A stretch of 64,000 bases of DNA from positions 117,834 to 181,833 of the forward strand of contig CAWJSK010000014.1 in assembly GCA_963845535.1 (NCBI GenBank), given 5' to 3'. This document shows positions 39,987 to 53,422 of the stretch, piece after piece; the stretch's first letter is position 1, and every line of letters begins with the position of its first letter. The notes below the pieces were generated by a model. It had not been told where the DNA came from and did no database searches. It was given only the letters and a program-made list of their open reading frames with translations. The DNA comes from an uncultured Spirochaetota bacterium (GTDB lineage: Bacteria; Spirochaetota; Spirochaetia; SZUA-6; Fen-1364). The position numbers were made by a program, and so were the translations under genes.

Positions 39987-42982
39987 CACGCGTGCGCTCC
40001 CCGCCATGCGGCCCGCGCCTCGCGCAGATCAACCGCGGCGATCTCCCGGCCGTTTGCCAGCACGCGCACTATGGCATCCGTTGCCACTTCTCCAATCCGC
40101 GACACGGCCGTGCCTCTCATGGCCCTTCGAAATCCAGGGTCCGCTTCAGGGGCGACGCTCACGAGAAGGCGGGATGGAGTCTCGCAGAACAGCAGTCGGG
40201 CCGGCTCCCGGGAGCAGCCTCCGGAAACAGCCAGGCCGTCCAGGGATATGCGAGCGCCGCAATCCCCGCCAAAGCAGCTCTCCGCCAGAGAGACCCACAG
40301 TCCGCCGTCCGAAAGGTCGTGGCAGGAACGGACCAGCCCGCGCCTAATGGCGCCGGCCAGCCGATGGTAGCTCGCCCGCGCCTTCTCCACGTCAACGGTC
40401 GGAAATGCTCCGAGCCTCCGCCCGGAGATCCTCTGGAAGCGCGTTCCGCCGAGCTCTCCCCTGGTCTCACCGACAACATAGATGATGTCTCCGGCGCCCT
40501 TGAAATCCGTCGTCACCGCGCGCCGCACGTCGCGGATGATGCCCATCAGTGAGACAAGAAGCGTGGGCCGTATGGAGATCTTTCTCCCCGCCACCTTCGC
40601 GTCGTTCTTCATCGAATCCTTGCCCGAGATGAGAGGCAGCTGGTACCCCAGGCAGGCATCGGCGAGGCCGCGGCAGGCGCGGACCAGCTGCGCGAGCTTG
40701 CGCTGCCCGTCCGGCGTCTCAGGGCTTTCAACCGGGTCCGGCCAGCAGAAGTTGTCAAGCGCAACCATCCGCCGCGGGTCGCCCCCGAGTGCAACGTGAG
40801 CGCGCACCGCCTCATCCACGGCGCACCGGGCCATCTCGTAGGTGTCTTCATCTCCGTACCAGGGGCAGATGCCGTGCGTCACCGTGACGCCGCGCGCGGA
40901 GCCCGCCCGCACCCGCAGCACGCCCCCGTCGGAGGGGGCATCGCGCCGCTTGCCGACAAACGGCTTGATCACCGACCGTCCCTGGACCTCGTGATCGAAC
41001 TGCCGGACCCACTCCTCCCGGGAGGCGATGTTCGGGTCGGCAAGCAGCTCCAGCATGAGGGGCCGCAGCTCGGCGGCTGGCAGAAGATCTTCGCTTTGCG
41101 GAGCGTGAAGGCGTCCACTGGGCTTCCGAGGTCCATGACGGGGAGGCCGTCGTGCAGGAACTGGAGGTCCAGCAGGCCAACTGTTTTTCCGCCGGCGGTC
41201 ACTTCGACCATACCGGTGCCGGTGAACTCCCCCACAACAGTTGCCTCGACGTCTCTGCGGGCGGCAAGGGAAAGGAGCCGCGCCACGCGCCCTGGCGGGA
41301 CTGCAAGGCTCATCCGTTCCTGGGATTCCGAGACCAGGATCTCCCACGGTGCAAGCCCCTGGTACTTGAGCGGGCATTTGTCCAGGTGGATCCGCACGCC
41401 GCCGCTGACGGCTGCCATTTCCCCCAGGGAAGAGGAAAGCCCGCCGGCGCCGTTGTCCGTGATTCCGCGGTAGAGGCCGAGGTCCCGCGCTTCCAGGATC
41501 ATGTCCAGCATCTTCTTCTGCGTGATGGGGTCCCCGATCTGCACGGCCGAGGTCGGGGAGCTTTCACTCAGGGCCTCTGATGAGAAGGTGGCGCCGTGGA
41601 TCCCGTCTTTGCCCACCCTCCCGCCAACCATGACAGCGAGATCTCCCGGGACGCACGCCCTTTACCCAGCCCGGCCTGCCGCGGACCCGGGCGGGAAGGA
41701 CCCCCCCGGTGCCGCAGAAGACAAGCGGCTTGCCGAGGAAGCTGTCATCGAAGAGGAAACGCGCCGGCAACGACAGGGATACCCGACTGGTTGCCGCCGT
41801 CCACGATTCCGCGGTGCACCCCGTCCATCACCCGCCTCGGGTGCATGAGGCCCGCCGGCACCTCGGAGGCGGGAGTCTGCGGATAGCCGAAGCACAGGAC
41901 ATCCGTGTTGAAGATGGGGCGCGCGCCCATCCCCGTGCCAAGGATGTCGCGGTTCACCCCGACGATGCCGGTGATGGCCCCGCCGTAGGGGTCCAGCGCG
42001 GACGGCGAGTTGTGGGTCTCCACCTTGAAGCACAGCAGCGTGCGACGGTCGAATGCGATCACCCCCGAATTGTCATGGAACACAGATCGCAGGAATCTGC
42101 TTCCTCTTCCGCAGCGCCTCCGTGGTGGCCCTGATGTAGGTGCGGAAAAGAGAACGGATGACCTCCTCCCGACCCGCTTCCCGATAGTGGATGGTCGCGT
42201 TGAAGATCTTGTGCTTGCAGTGCTCGGACCAGGTCTGGGCGATCATCTCCAGCTCCACGTCCGTTGCGGCCGGCGGGAAGGCCGCGCGCCTACGCGCGGC
42301 CGGTCACGTCGTCCGCGGGAATAGTACTGCTGGATGGCCTTCATCTCGGGAAGAGACAGCGCAAGGAGCCGGCTTCGCGACAACGGAGCAAGCTCATCGT
42401 CACCAAGCGCAGCCAGGTCTCCACGCTGACCGCAGGAGAGGGCGCGTCCACCACCTGCGGGTAGGAGGACGGAGGACGGGAGCCGCCCTCCCACTGAGCT
42501 CGGGTGAGAACGAAAGCGGACTGGATGAGCGGATTGTAAAAGAAGGAGGCAAGCGCGCCGGGGTCGAGCTGGCCGGCTGACGCGTCCGACCCGGATCAGG
42601 TATTGGGTGGCGGTCTGAACGCGCGCCGGGGCCGGGAACAATGGTGGCAGGAACGTCCGCAAAGCCTGCAGGGCGGTGGCAGCAACAGGGTCCGTCACGC
42701 CCGGCTTGACGGTGATCTCGACAAGGAAGTCCCAGTCCTGGGGGCCGTCCATTTGCGGCCCTGGCACGCGCACCTCCTGGGCCACGCTGTCGGAGAACAC
42801 CTCCCGCGCGTCCTCCGCGCGCAAGGGACGGCGCGCCATGCACGATATACACGTCGACGATCCTGATGTCGCGGATGCCGGTGCGACCTCGCGGCGAAGT
42901 GCGGGAAGGAGCCGACGCGCCCTGCCGTCGGCAAACCCGTGCCGCGGTGACGACCTCCAGACGCAGGGGCGCGGTTCGCCAT
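39986..42982 (-). CDS. purL: FGAM synthase synthetase subunit (many frameshifts)
   Basis: QTWSEHCKHKIF, KVETHNSPS, GKDGIHGA, DNGAGG, SESQERM, LDNFCWPD, SCHDLSDGG. Confidence 0.88.
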
Positions 42983-44272
42983 CAGGGCCTCGCGCCGGCC
43001 GGCATGAACGACATGGCGAGGAGGCACATGTCGTCCTGGGGCGGCGCGTTGCCAAGGAAGGCGCGCACGGATGCAACGATGGCTTCCACGTCGAGGCTCC
43101 CGTCCGCCTTCATGTGCGCGAAGCGCTTCCTCCTTGACCCGCGCCATGCCGAAGACGCCGGATTCTCCCGCGCGCCTCCGCAACCCCGTCGCTCAGGAAC
43201 AGGAACTCTCCCCGGGCGTGAACAGGTACCTGCGCGTTTCGTACTCATGGTCGCGCACGTGCCCGATGGGATAATCGGAGATGTCGAACAGCTCCGCGGC
43301 CCGGCCCGGGGGAGACGACAAGGGGAGACGACGTGGGTTCCCGCGGAGGAGTACTCGAAGGAGAGGTCGCGCAAGTCCAGCACGCCGAGGAAGAGGGTGA
43401 GGTAGATCTCGGGGTCTCCCTGGCTGATCTCCGTGATGAAGCTGTGGTTGATGGAGGTGAGCACTGCGCCCGGAGGTTTGACCACGTAGCGGCCGCCGAT
43501 GAGCATGCGCTTGACGGAGGTCTCGATGAGCTTCTTCACGTAGCTCATCACCAGGGCCGCGTAGATGCCGTGGCCGCAGACATCCCCTCCGTACACGGCA
43601 AGATGGCTGTCATCCACCGAGAACACGCCGGTGATGTCCCCTCCCAGCTCCTCGCAGGGAACGTAGTCCGTGGAGACGACGATCCCGGGAAAGCTCTTGG
43701 TCTTCTCCGGGAGGAGATTGCGCTGGATGGTCTGGGCAAGCACGAGCTCCCTGCGCAGCCTCTCCCCCACCGCTTCAAGCTCCCGAGTCCTCTCCCTGAC
43801 CTGGCGCTCCAGCTCCTGCTTCTCCGCGCGCAGGCTGGAAACGAACCGCTCGTTCATGTCCTGGAGCTGGAGGACAATATTGGAAAGGATGTTCCTGGCA
43901 ATCGGGGGATAGTCGACGAGAAGCCGGCTGAAATCATCCTTGCCGAGGGAGAGTACTTTCACGTCGCTCGCGGCGACTACGCTTGCCGAATGCTCGAGGG
44001 CGCCTCGGATGATCCCCAGCTCTCCGAAGAAATCACCCGCGGAGAGCGCTGCGAGCTCCGACCTCCACGGAGTCAGGCATCCGCTTCTTCACGGAGGCGC
44101 GTCCCTCCAGGAGGAGGTAGACGCGCTCCGGCGGCAGGGACTGGCGGACAATCACGTCGCCGTGTGAGAACTCCTGCGGGGTCATGAGTGGAACCAGCAG
44201 GGCAAGCTGCTCTTCCGAGAGGCCCGAGAGAAGCTTGCTGTTTGTCAGGGCAGAAGGCGGCCGTAAGTCCAT
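42982..44272 (-). CDS. cNMP-binding domain + SpoIIE/PP2C phosphatase (frameshifted)
   Basis: cNMP motifs (VYLLLEG, GDFFGELG), coiled coil, GDVCGHG, QDDMCL. Confidence 0.78.
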
Positions 44273-44396
44273 CTCGCGCAGCCCAGAATCCCCCGGCTTC
44301 ACGGCGGGTGTCAAGGCGCCAGCGCCCGGACACGCCGAGCGCGCCGAACGCGGCCCTTTGTTGACGCGCCTGCGGCACGCGCGTATCTTCTCCCTG

Positions 44397-45139
44397 ATGG
44401 CGGACATACTGGTTTTCGGAGCGCATCCCGATGATGCCGAGTTCGGGATGGGGGCAAGCCTGGTCAAGTTCGTGCGCGGCGGCGCCTCCGTTGCCGTGTG
44501 CGTGCTGACCCGCGGGCGAGGCGGGGACCTTCGGAACGGCGGAGCAGCGCGAGCGCGAGATGCGGGTGGCCGCGGAGAAGCTCGGCAGCGAGCTGGAGAT
44601 CCTGTCCTTCCAGGATTGCAGGATCTTCGACACCTATGAAACGCGCCTGCGCCTGGCGGAGGTGGTTCGCAAGTTCAGGCCAAAGATCGTCTTTGCGCCA
44701 TACCACACCAATCCCAGCTACCACAAGGATGGGGGCGCCCATCCCGACCACACGGCAACGGGCACCATTGTGCGCTCCGCGGTGCGCTACGCACGGTTCT
44801 CAGGTCTCAAGGATGCGAAAGGCGAGCCCTGGAACGCTGACCATCTCATCTATTACATGGTTCCCGCGTTCGCGCACGCCGAATCTCCTCAACGACGTTT
44901 CCGCCTTCATGGCGGAATGGGAAGCAATTGCGCGCTGCCACGAGTCGCAGATGAGCCTTCGGGACGGGAAAGTGCTGGACGGGCTGCGTCGGTTCAGGGA
45001 ATCCTACGGGAACCTGCTGGGAGTTTCCCACGCGGAGGGCTTTTTCATCGAGGAGCCCGTGATCTTCGACCTGGCAAGCTTCCTGCGGACATCAAGCCAG
45101 CCGGGCGGCGTTCCCGCGGCTGTCAAGGGAACCGTATAG
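44397..45139 (+). CDS. PIG-L family deacetylase, BshB1-like (frameshifted)
   Basis: GAHPDDAEFGMG, HPDH, CHESQ. Confidence 0.82.
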
Positions 45140-45164
45140 GACTGCGCCGCCGAGCGGTCTGCGC

Positions 45165-46230
45165 TTACTGAGGCAGCTTGAGAGCGAGGATCCCCGCTCT
45201 CCCCACCTGCGTGAACTGAGTCTCCTCCCATGAGGAAACGAACATGTCGTCTTTCTTCACGAGGTCCGTGTAGCGGAATCCGTCAGGGAGTGACGGGAGG
45301 AAGGACGTTTGCACGGCAGCTCCCGGCCGTTTTGTCAGCACCTGGCCGTCCGGGAGCAGCGCGTAGAGAGTGCCGTCGTCATCGAAAACGTGAATGACGA
45401 GGATCGAGTCCTGCTCCACGCCGGTGCGGAAGTACCTCTGCACGGGCACCAGGGGCGAGCGCACCTTGAAATGGAGAGCCGTGGCGGCGCTGAAGCCCCT
45501 GGATCCGGGAGCGGCACTCCTGGAAGAATGCGCTGTACGAAGCCGGGACATCCGGGCCAGTCAGGGACTGCGTGCCAAGCGCGGCAACATAGGCGTCCCT
45601 GATTGCTTCCGGCCTCCAGCTGCAGGTCCGCGCGATAGCGCGTGTAGGCAAATCGCGTTTCCGTTGCGTCAGTGAACTTCCACTCGAAATCGAACTCGTT
45701 CTCCGAGATCGGCGCAAAACCCAACGGCTTCCCACTCGGGGTTTTTCTTCTGATAGGGCGGGATGAGGAAGGAGAAGTCCTTCTGCCCGGGCAGGAATGT
45801 GACAAGGCTGATTCCCCGCAGCAGAAGCTCCTCGGGCTTCGCATCGTTCAGGAGAGCGTTGTAGTAGAGGTGGATCATGAGGTCCCCGTGACGGGGGATC
45901 AGCGTGGTAATGGTGCGGTGAGCAAAGATGGGCGCGTCGTAGTGGTAGCTGAACGACAGTGTCCCGGCCGCCGCTGAATCCACCGCCACCACACCCGCGC
46001 CGTTGACGGCGCAGTACAGGGTATTTCCCAGGAACGCCATGTCCGTGATCCTGGACTGCACGGTCCAGGGAAGAGCGGGAACCGCGGGGGCGGCGTCCGC
46101 GGCGCCGACTGACTGAAAGACCGTTGATGCCAGCTCGTACCACGAGGCGCCGGCGGCAACCCTGGCGGGTGCCTGCCGGGGCGCGCAGGAGTCGAGGGCC
46201 GCAAAGAGGCCGGCACCGAGGACAAGGAGG
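45165..46230 (-). CDS. Hypothetical, possibly lipoprotein (frameshifted, start uncertain)
   Basis: Coding-like pieces in ORFs 45669-46061, 45335-45844 and 45165-45551; LFAALDSC lipobox-like segment. Confidence 0.5.
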
Positions 46231-46232
46231 CG

Positions 46233-47732
<1,500 letters not shown>

Positions 47733-47767
47733 TCAAGGATGAAGGCGCTCTCCTGCGCTCTCCGGGA

Positions 47768-48454
47768 TCAGTTGATCCCGGCGGTTTCGATCATGTAGCG
47801 AACGTTGTCCCCTCGGGTGTCGTGCTGCTCTTTCTGTATCAGGAAGACGAGCGACGCGTTGTCCGGGGCAAGAATGATTTCCTTGACGTGGTAGGCCTTC
47901 ACCCCGGCCCGCCGCAGGGCGGGATCCCCTGCCTTGCTGGTGTGCACCACTCCATCCTTGTCCGTCACGGTGATGGCAAGACCGAAGGAGGCACCGGCTT
48001 CACCCGACGGGCGGGTCTGCGACATCGTGATCTCGTAGCTTCGGCCGGTCTGAAAGTCACGGAAATCGACCGTGTCAGGGGCCGTGGCGCCGTCCACGAG
48101 GATGTAGAGAAGCCTTCCCGTCACCATGTGCTGAATCCTGTACTGCAGCTTCTGGGCGCGGGAGTCGGCAACGGCGTCGAACAGCGCGCCAATGCCATCG
48201 CTGCCCGGATCCACCTGCTGGGAGGAGGAAACCTTGTGCACTCCGTGGGCTACGAAGGTGTTGGCCTTTACGTCGACGATGTACGTCTCCGCCCAGGGAG
48301 TGGAGGTCTTTTCCTGGATTCCGAACTGCCCGAACATGAAATACCGCGAGTCCGGAGAGAACCCGAGGTTCATGAACCGGGCGATGTCGCCCGCGGACGC
48401 GGCGAACGTCACCAGGAGGATCAGGACCCCGATTGACGCGAGCCGTTTTGCCAT
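47768..48454 (-). CDS. DUF2259-like secreted protein
   Basis: AGDIARFMNLGFSPDSRYFMFGQFG, IVDVKANTFV. Confidence 0.7.
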   Translation of the reverse strand: MAKRLASIGVLILLVTFAASAGDIARFMNLGFSPDSRYFMFGQFGIQEKTSTPWAETYIVDVKANTFVAHGVHKVSSSQQVDPGSDGIGALFDAVADSRAQKLQYRIQHMVTGRLLYILVDGATAPDTVDFRDFQTGRSYEITMSQTRPSGEAGASFGLAITVTDKDGVVHTSKAGDPALRRAGVKAYHVKEIILAPDNASLVFLIQKEQHDTRGDNVRYMIETAGIN

Positions 48455-48518
48455 AGATGCTCCTACAAACAGTATCGTACGGTTCGCGCTTTTCTATAGA
48501 GGAATCTGAAAGAGCCCG

Positions 48519-49535
48519 CTAGTTGACCGCCGTTCCCAGGTGCGGGGCCAGGTCCTTCAGCCGGGTGAGCAGGTCCTCGAAGTGCGGGTAGTTCAGGCTC
48601 TGCTTTCCGTCCGACCGAGCCTCCGACGGGTTGGGGTGGATCTCGATGATGATGCCATCCGCCCCCGCGGCCAGCGCCGCCATTGCAGCTGCGGGCACGT
48701 AGTGCCAGTTCCCCATGGCGTGACTGGGATCCACGATGATTGGCAGGTGGCTCAGGCGCTTGATGGCGGGGACCGCGCCGATATCCAGGGTGTTTCGCGT
48801 CTCCGTCTCGAAGGTACGGATGCCCCGCTCGCAGAGGATGACGTGGGGGTTCCCCCCCTTCATGATGTACTCGGCGGAGAGCAGCAGCTCTTCGATGGTG
48901 CCCATCATGCTCCTTTTCAGAAGCACGGGAGTACGGGTTTCCCCCAGGGCCTTGAGGAGCGCGAAGTTCTGCATGTTGCGGGCCCCCACCTGCAGCACGC
49001 CTGCGTAACGGCTCACCAGCTCCACGTCGTATTCGGAGAGGACCTCCGTGACCACCGTGAGGCCGTGGCGTTTCGCTGCCGCGCTCAGGATCTGCAGGCC
49101 CTGTTCGCCCAGCCCCTGGAAGGAGTATGGCGATGAACGGGGTTTGAAAGCGCCGCCGCGCATGAGCCTGAGGCCTGAGCGGTGCAGGAGCTCCGCCGAG
49201 GACTCTACCTGCCCCTCGGTCTCCACCGAGCAGGGCCCCGCAATGACGGCAAAGCTTCCCGGGCCCACGCTGACTCCACCCACGCTGATGCGGGTGGGAT
49301 CAGGATGAAACTCGCGAGAAGCGAGCTTGTATGGTTTGAGGACGCGCAGGACGCTTTCCACGCCGGGCATCTGGTCGAACTCGGACTGATCCAGGGCTCG
49401 GTCGTCCCCGGTGACGCCGCAGATGGTCTTGACTGCTCCCCTGCTGAGGTGCGGCGTGTAGCCCAGATGCTCGATCTTGCGCAGAGCGCTCTGAATCTCC
49501 TCTTCAGTAGCGTCTTTCTTGAAGATCAGGATCAT
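48519..49535 (-). CDS. aroF: DAHP synthase (class I-beta)
   Basis: IAGPCSVE, GGAFKPRSSPYSFQG, QVGARNMQN, CERGIRTFE, VDPSH. Confidence 0.95.
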   Translation of the reverse strand: MILIFKKDATEEEIQSALRKIEHLGYTPHLSRGAVKTICGVTGDDRALDQSEFDQMPGVESVLRVLKPYKLASREFHPDPTRISVGGVSVGPGSFAVIAGPCSVETEGQVESSAELLHRSGLRLMRGGAFKPRSSPYSFQGLGEQGLQILSAAAKRHGLTVVTEVLSEYDVELVSRYAGVLQVGARNMQNFALLKALGETRTPVLLKRSMMGTIEELLLSAEYIMKGGNPHVILCERGIRTFETETRNTLDIGAVPAIKRLSHLPIIVDPSHAMGNWHYVPAAAMAALAAGADGIIIEIHPNPSEARSDGKQSLNYPHFEDLLTRLKDLAPHLGTAVN

Positions 49536-49549
49536 GGAAAAAGACTACA

Positions 49550-50458
49550 ATGCTTTTGACCTTCTCGCCTATATCGTCCTACAATCCACCTCCGTGCGCA
49601 CCTCTTTGGAAGCCGGGCTCCTCGGAGCCGCTCTCGTTGTCACGCTCATCCTTGGCCTCATCGCTTGCGCCTCATTCGGCGTTTCTCCTCAGCCGACCAG
49701 CCCTCGCCGGGGCGCTCTCCGTGCTCCCGTCGAACCCATGGTGGCTCATCTACCATGATCCCGGCCCGAAGGATGCGACCCAGCCCTTGTGGTTGATTGG
49801 GGCCGTGGCGGCTGCAACGGCCGTCGGCTTCGTTTTCTCCCTTCGCTCCAGCCGGCTGTACCGCAGCAATCGCACGCCCGTGCTTCCGTACCTCCTCCTC
49901 TTCTTTCTCACGATTGGAATTGAGTGTCTCCGGGGAGCTACCGCGGTGCTTTTTGCAACGGACAACTCGATCCAGGCAGCCATCGCGTTGACACGCGCGG
50001 TGTACTGGGGCAGGTTCGTGGGTTTGTTTGCGCTCCTCTTTTCCAGCCTCTATTGCATCGGGCTGAAATACCGCCACGTCTACGTGCTGGGGGGAGGATT
50101 TCTGGTGGTCGCGCTGGCCATCGCGGCGAGTATTCCGTTGGACCGGACCACCTTTCTTTCTGAGCTCACGTGGAAGCTTGCGGATGAAGAGGGCGTGTGG
50201 TTCGTGAACCTCGTCATTGCTGCCCTGGTCCCTGCGACGGCGGTTGGCGCATGGGTCCTGAAGCGGGACAGGAGGTTCCTTGCGCTGGCCGTGGGGCTCG
50301 CGCTTCTCCTGGCGGCTCGGGAGCTTCTGTTCTTCATGGTGCAGCCAATCCCGCTTGCATGCGGAGTTCTCGCCCTGGCCGCGGGCGCAACTGTATGCCT
50401 CAGGTCCCTCAGGGAACCAGGAGCCTGGTTGCCACCATTCCGACGCCAAATGGAATGA
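49550..50458 (+). CDS. Hypothetical multi-pass membrane protein
   Basis: About 7 hydrophobic segments; start uncertain. Confidence 0.6.
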   Translation: MLLTFSPISSYNPPPCAPLWKPGSSEPLSLSRSSLASSLAPHSAFLLSRPALAGALSVLPSNPWWLIYHDPGPKDATQPLWLIGAVAAATAVGFVFSLRSSRLYRSNRTPVLPYLLLFFLTIGIECLRGATAVLFATDNSIQAAIALTRAVYWGRFVGLFALLFSSLYCIGLKYRHVYVLGGGFLVVALAIAASIPLDRTTFLSELTWKLADEEGVWFVNLVIAALVPATAVGAWVLKRDRRFLALAVGLALLLAARELLFFMVQPIPLACGVLALAAGATVCLRSLREPGAWLPPFRRQME

Positions 50459-51050
50459 TGATGTTGTCGAAGTTGCCGGTGGGGATCCCTTCCAGGACCG
50501 TGGCGACTGAAGCGATGATGAGGGACTCCGCGGGCCGGCGGCTCACGTGGTAAGCCATGACAAAAACGGCGGCAAAACAGGCAAGGCTGCCCGTGAAGGT
50601 CTTGCCCCTCAGGAACGGTATCTTCGGTCCGCCAACCGCTCTGCCGACCAGGGCTGCCAGGCCATCTCCGAAGGCAAGCGCATAGATGGCGATGGAAGCG
50701 GCAGGCTCAGGATACAAAAGGAGGGAAATCATGGCTCCGAGACCGAGGGTCACGGGCCCGAGCACAAAACCGACCTTGTCTTTGTCCCGGGAGGCAATGA
50801 CCGTCAGATCACTCACAACGAGGATTGGATTTCCCAGCCTGCGTGAGCTCTCAGCAAAGGCGTAGAAAAGAGTCCCGGTTGCCAGCAGGGCCAGCGTTGC
50901 GGGCAGGTTTACCGCTGCCAGGACAGGCACGATAGCTATGAGAAGGTGGAGCGACTTTCGAACCAGCTCCCCCTGAACCCTTGCGATTCCTGATGCACTC
51001 TGTGTTGTTGTTCGCCGAACTTCGCGAACCAATTCCTGGTTATCCTGCAT
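50409..51050 (-). CDS. SEC59/DGK1/VTE5 (dolichol/phytol kinase-like) membrane protein
   Basis: RKSLHL, LAFGDGLAALVG, KTFTGS, DNIIIP. Confidence 0.8.
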   Translation of the reverse strand: MQDNQELVREVRRTTTQSASGIARVQGELVRKSLHLLIAIVPVLAAVNLPATLALLATGTLFYAFAESSRRLGNPILVVSDLTVIASRDKDKVGFVLGPVTLGLGAMISLLLYPEPAASIAIYALAFGDGLAALVGRAVGGPKIPFLRGKTFTGSLACFAAVFVMAYHVSRRPAESLIIASVATVLEGIPTGNFDNIIIPFGVGMVATRLLVP

Positions 51051-51321
51051 GATGTCAGTCTTCGTTGCGCCTAACAATGCAAGATTGATACCAACTCGGA
51101 GTGGCCGACTTTCGCTCTATTTGTTTGTCGGAGAATCAGTTATCGGCAATTAGGACGCGCAGAAGGGAAAAGCGATCTATTTGTCTACTTTCGTGCACCG
51201 ATTGATCTGATTTTAATATACGGCCCTCGCGGCGACGCCCCCTGGCGAACCACATTGACATCTCCTGGGAGGTCACTGTATAAAGTACGCACATTCGGGG
51301 GTCCTGGCAAGGGCCCATCGA

Positions 51322-51393
51322 GGGCGATTAACTCAGTGGGAGAGTGCTACCTTCACACGGTAGAAGTCACTGGTTCAAATCCAGTATCGCCCA
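51322..51393 (+). tRNA. tRNA-Val(CAC), probable island attachment site
   Basis: GGGCGATTAACTCAG...CTACC-TTCACAC-GGTAG...GGTTCAAATCC...TCGCCCA; TTGACA/TATAAA promoter at 51255-51284. Confidence 0.95.
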
Positions 51394-51456
51394 TTTAAGT
51401 CCCTACGTTGTAGGGAATAGGAAGCCACCCGAAAACGGGCGCTTCCATGTAGCTCT

Positions 51457-51477
51457 ACTCTGACACTCACTCTGACA
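51457..51477 (+). repeat. Direct repeat ACTCTGACA x2, putative integrase arm sites
   Basis: 51457-51465 and 51469-51477, between tRNA and integrase. Confidence 0.5.
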
Positions 51478-51502
51478 TCGAGAGTGAGTCGAGGGAGGCA
51501 GC

Positions 51503-52669
51503 ATGGAACGCCCGAAGCGCCCATACTCTCTGCATTCCAGGCCCACCAAGAGAAAGAACCGAAGAATCTTTTACGCGCTCTTCCGTGATGAGAATGGCAC
51601 ATATCGAACCAGTGCCATTTCTACCGGATGTACCCGGCACGATGATGCTGTGCGCTGGTGCGAGGCCAAGCTTAGGAAAGTCCGCGACGGCCGTGCGAAT
51701 ATCACCCTGTCCGAATACGCCGAAGGATTCTGGAAGCCTGCGGCCTCCTACGCGGTCGACCGAGCCGCCCACGGACGCACAGTCTCGAACGGTTATCTGG
51801 ATGCTGCCGAAAGCTACACCCGTGTCCATGTCTTACCCGCTTGGGGAACCTGGCGACTGCAAGATTTCACTACCAGGCGACTTGACTCATGGGTTGTAGA
51901 TCTACATCGATGCGGCGAGCTTGCACCGGCCACGATCAACAAGATCGTCCAGGCTTTGCGGACTATTCTAGAACGCGCGGTCGTTGATGGATGGATCACG
52001 GAGAACCCCGCCGATCAGGTGAAGTCCGTCCGTGTGCGCCATCCCGAGCGCACAATCCTTTCACCTTCCGAGGCGCTTCGGCTACTTGCAGGCCCTGATC
52101 CATGGGCAGACTTCAGGCAGTACGCGATCAACGCTTTGGCCGCCACGACGGGCGTGCGCATGGGTGAGATCCGCGCACTGCTCGTGGAGAATATCAAGAC
52201 AGACCACGTGGAGATCCGCCGCTCATGGGAGGAGGGATACGGGCCACGGCGGCCGAAGGCAGAAAGCATGAGAGACATTCCAATCGCTCCAAGGGTTTAT
52301 GGGATCCTTTCCCGCGTCATCCAAGAGACGGCTCCGACCACCCTCCTTTTCTACGGCAAGGACAGCAAAGGGACCCCCATGAGCAAGTCATGGATTGAGA
52401 CGAACCTCGCCCGAGCCTTGCAAAAAACCGGAATCACGCTCGCCGAACAGCGCCAGCGCCGCATAGGCTTTCATGGCTGGCGACATTTCCTCAACAGCTT
52501 GATGCGTTCCAATGGCGTATCCGACGCCAAGACCCGCCGAGTGACGGGCCACCGCTCATCAGCCATGACAGACTGGTATACGAGCTGGCCCGCAGTGGAC
52601 ATCTCCGAAGTGGTGACTATCCAAAACCAGCTGTTGATTCCGCCTGCCGACGTCGAAGGGAGCTCCTGA
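51503..52669 (+). CDS. Tyrosine integrase
   Basis: TGVRMGE (R), PKAES (K), HGWRH, GHRS, TDWY. Confidence 0.93.
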   Translation: MERPKRPYSLHSRPTKRKNRRIFYALFRDENGTYRTSAISTGCTRHDDAVRWCEAKLRKVRDGRANITLSEYAEGFWKPAASYAVDRAAHGRTVSNGYLDAAESYTRVHVLPAWGTWRLQDFTTRRLDSWVVDLHRCGELAPATINKIVQALRTILERAVVDGWITENPADQVKSVRVRHPERTILSPSEALRLLAGPDPWADFRQYAINALAATTGVRMGEIRALLVENIKTDHVEIRRSWEEGYGPRRPKAESMRDIPIAPRVYGILSRVIQETAPTTLLFYGKDSKGTPMSKSWIETNLARALQKTGITLAEQRQRRIGFHGWRHFLNSLMRSNGVSDAKTRRVTGHRSSAMTDWYTSWPAVDISEVVTIQNQLLIPPADVEGSS

Positions 52670-53422
52670 ATGACGGACGAATCCCGTTATTTCGGGTTTT
52701 CTGACGAACTGTCGCTGGACTTCGACAAGATCGAAAGCCGGGAAGTGTCTCTGAATGCGGCGGCGAAGAATCGAATCTACGACCTCTGTGAAGAGTTTCT
52801 GGCGGAGGCGGAATCGTACTGCTTCGCGCCTCCCTTCGGCGCGGAGGCGTCCAGATACAAGGCGCGAGCAATCTTCAAGAAAGCGGTGGCGGCCGAAAGG
52901 GCCTTGAACGAGCTCTCCTTATATTCCTACGACGCTGTTTTGCATGGTTTGAACCTCTTTGAACCGAAGGGAGGCAACCGGTACCTGTTTTCGTTGAAAC
53001 GCGCGATAAGCCTCGTCAGAAAGATTGAGCAAGCGGCCGAGAGGCGATCTTTGGAAGCTCGCTCGGCAGGACGTCCTGAGCTTTTGGATTTCAAGCACTT
53101 GGTGATTGAGTTGTATCGCACATATCTGGCCTGCGGTGGTTCGGGCTTCGTCACATGGGACAAAAGTCGCAAGCGCTACAAAGGCTATCCTATTTTTTTC
53201 ATCCTTCGGGTTATTGACCAACTCCAACCGCTTGTCCCGTTGCGCGCCTCGAAAAAATTTCTACCCGGAAAGGAAAGTTCCATCTGTCGGACCGCCGCGG
53301 AAGCAATCAAGGATTTTGAAAGGAAGCAAAAATGTGGGCTAAGAACAGCCAAAACTAGCCATATTTCTGCCTTCCTCGAAATTCGACTCACAGCTCAACC
53401 AGGTGATACGGTGCCCTCATGA
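52670..53422 (+). CDS. Hypothetical protein
   Basis: 250-aa ORF abutting the integrase and overlapping xis. Confidence 0.65.
   Translation: MTDESRYFGFSDELSLDFDKIESREVSLNAAAKNRIYDLCEEFLAEAESYCFAPPFGAEASRYKARAIFKKAVAAERALNELSLYSYDAVLHGLNLFEPKGGNRYLFSLKRAISLVRKIEQAAERRSLEARSAGRPELLDFKHLVIELYRTYLACGGSGFVTWDKSRKRYKGYPIFFILRVIDQLQPLVPLRASKKFLPGKESSICRTAAEAIKDFERKQKCGLRTAKTSHISAFLEIRLTAQPGDTVPS

Noticed and set aside
39143..42982. Programmed frameshifting or pseudogenisation of purL/purQ
   Set aside because: The indels are numerous, scattered and shared with neighbouring genes; sequencing error is more parsimonious.
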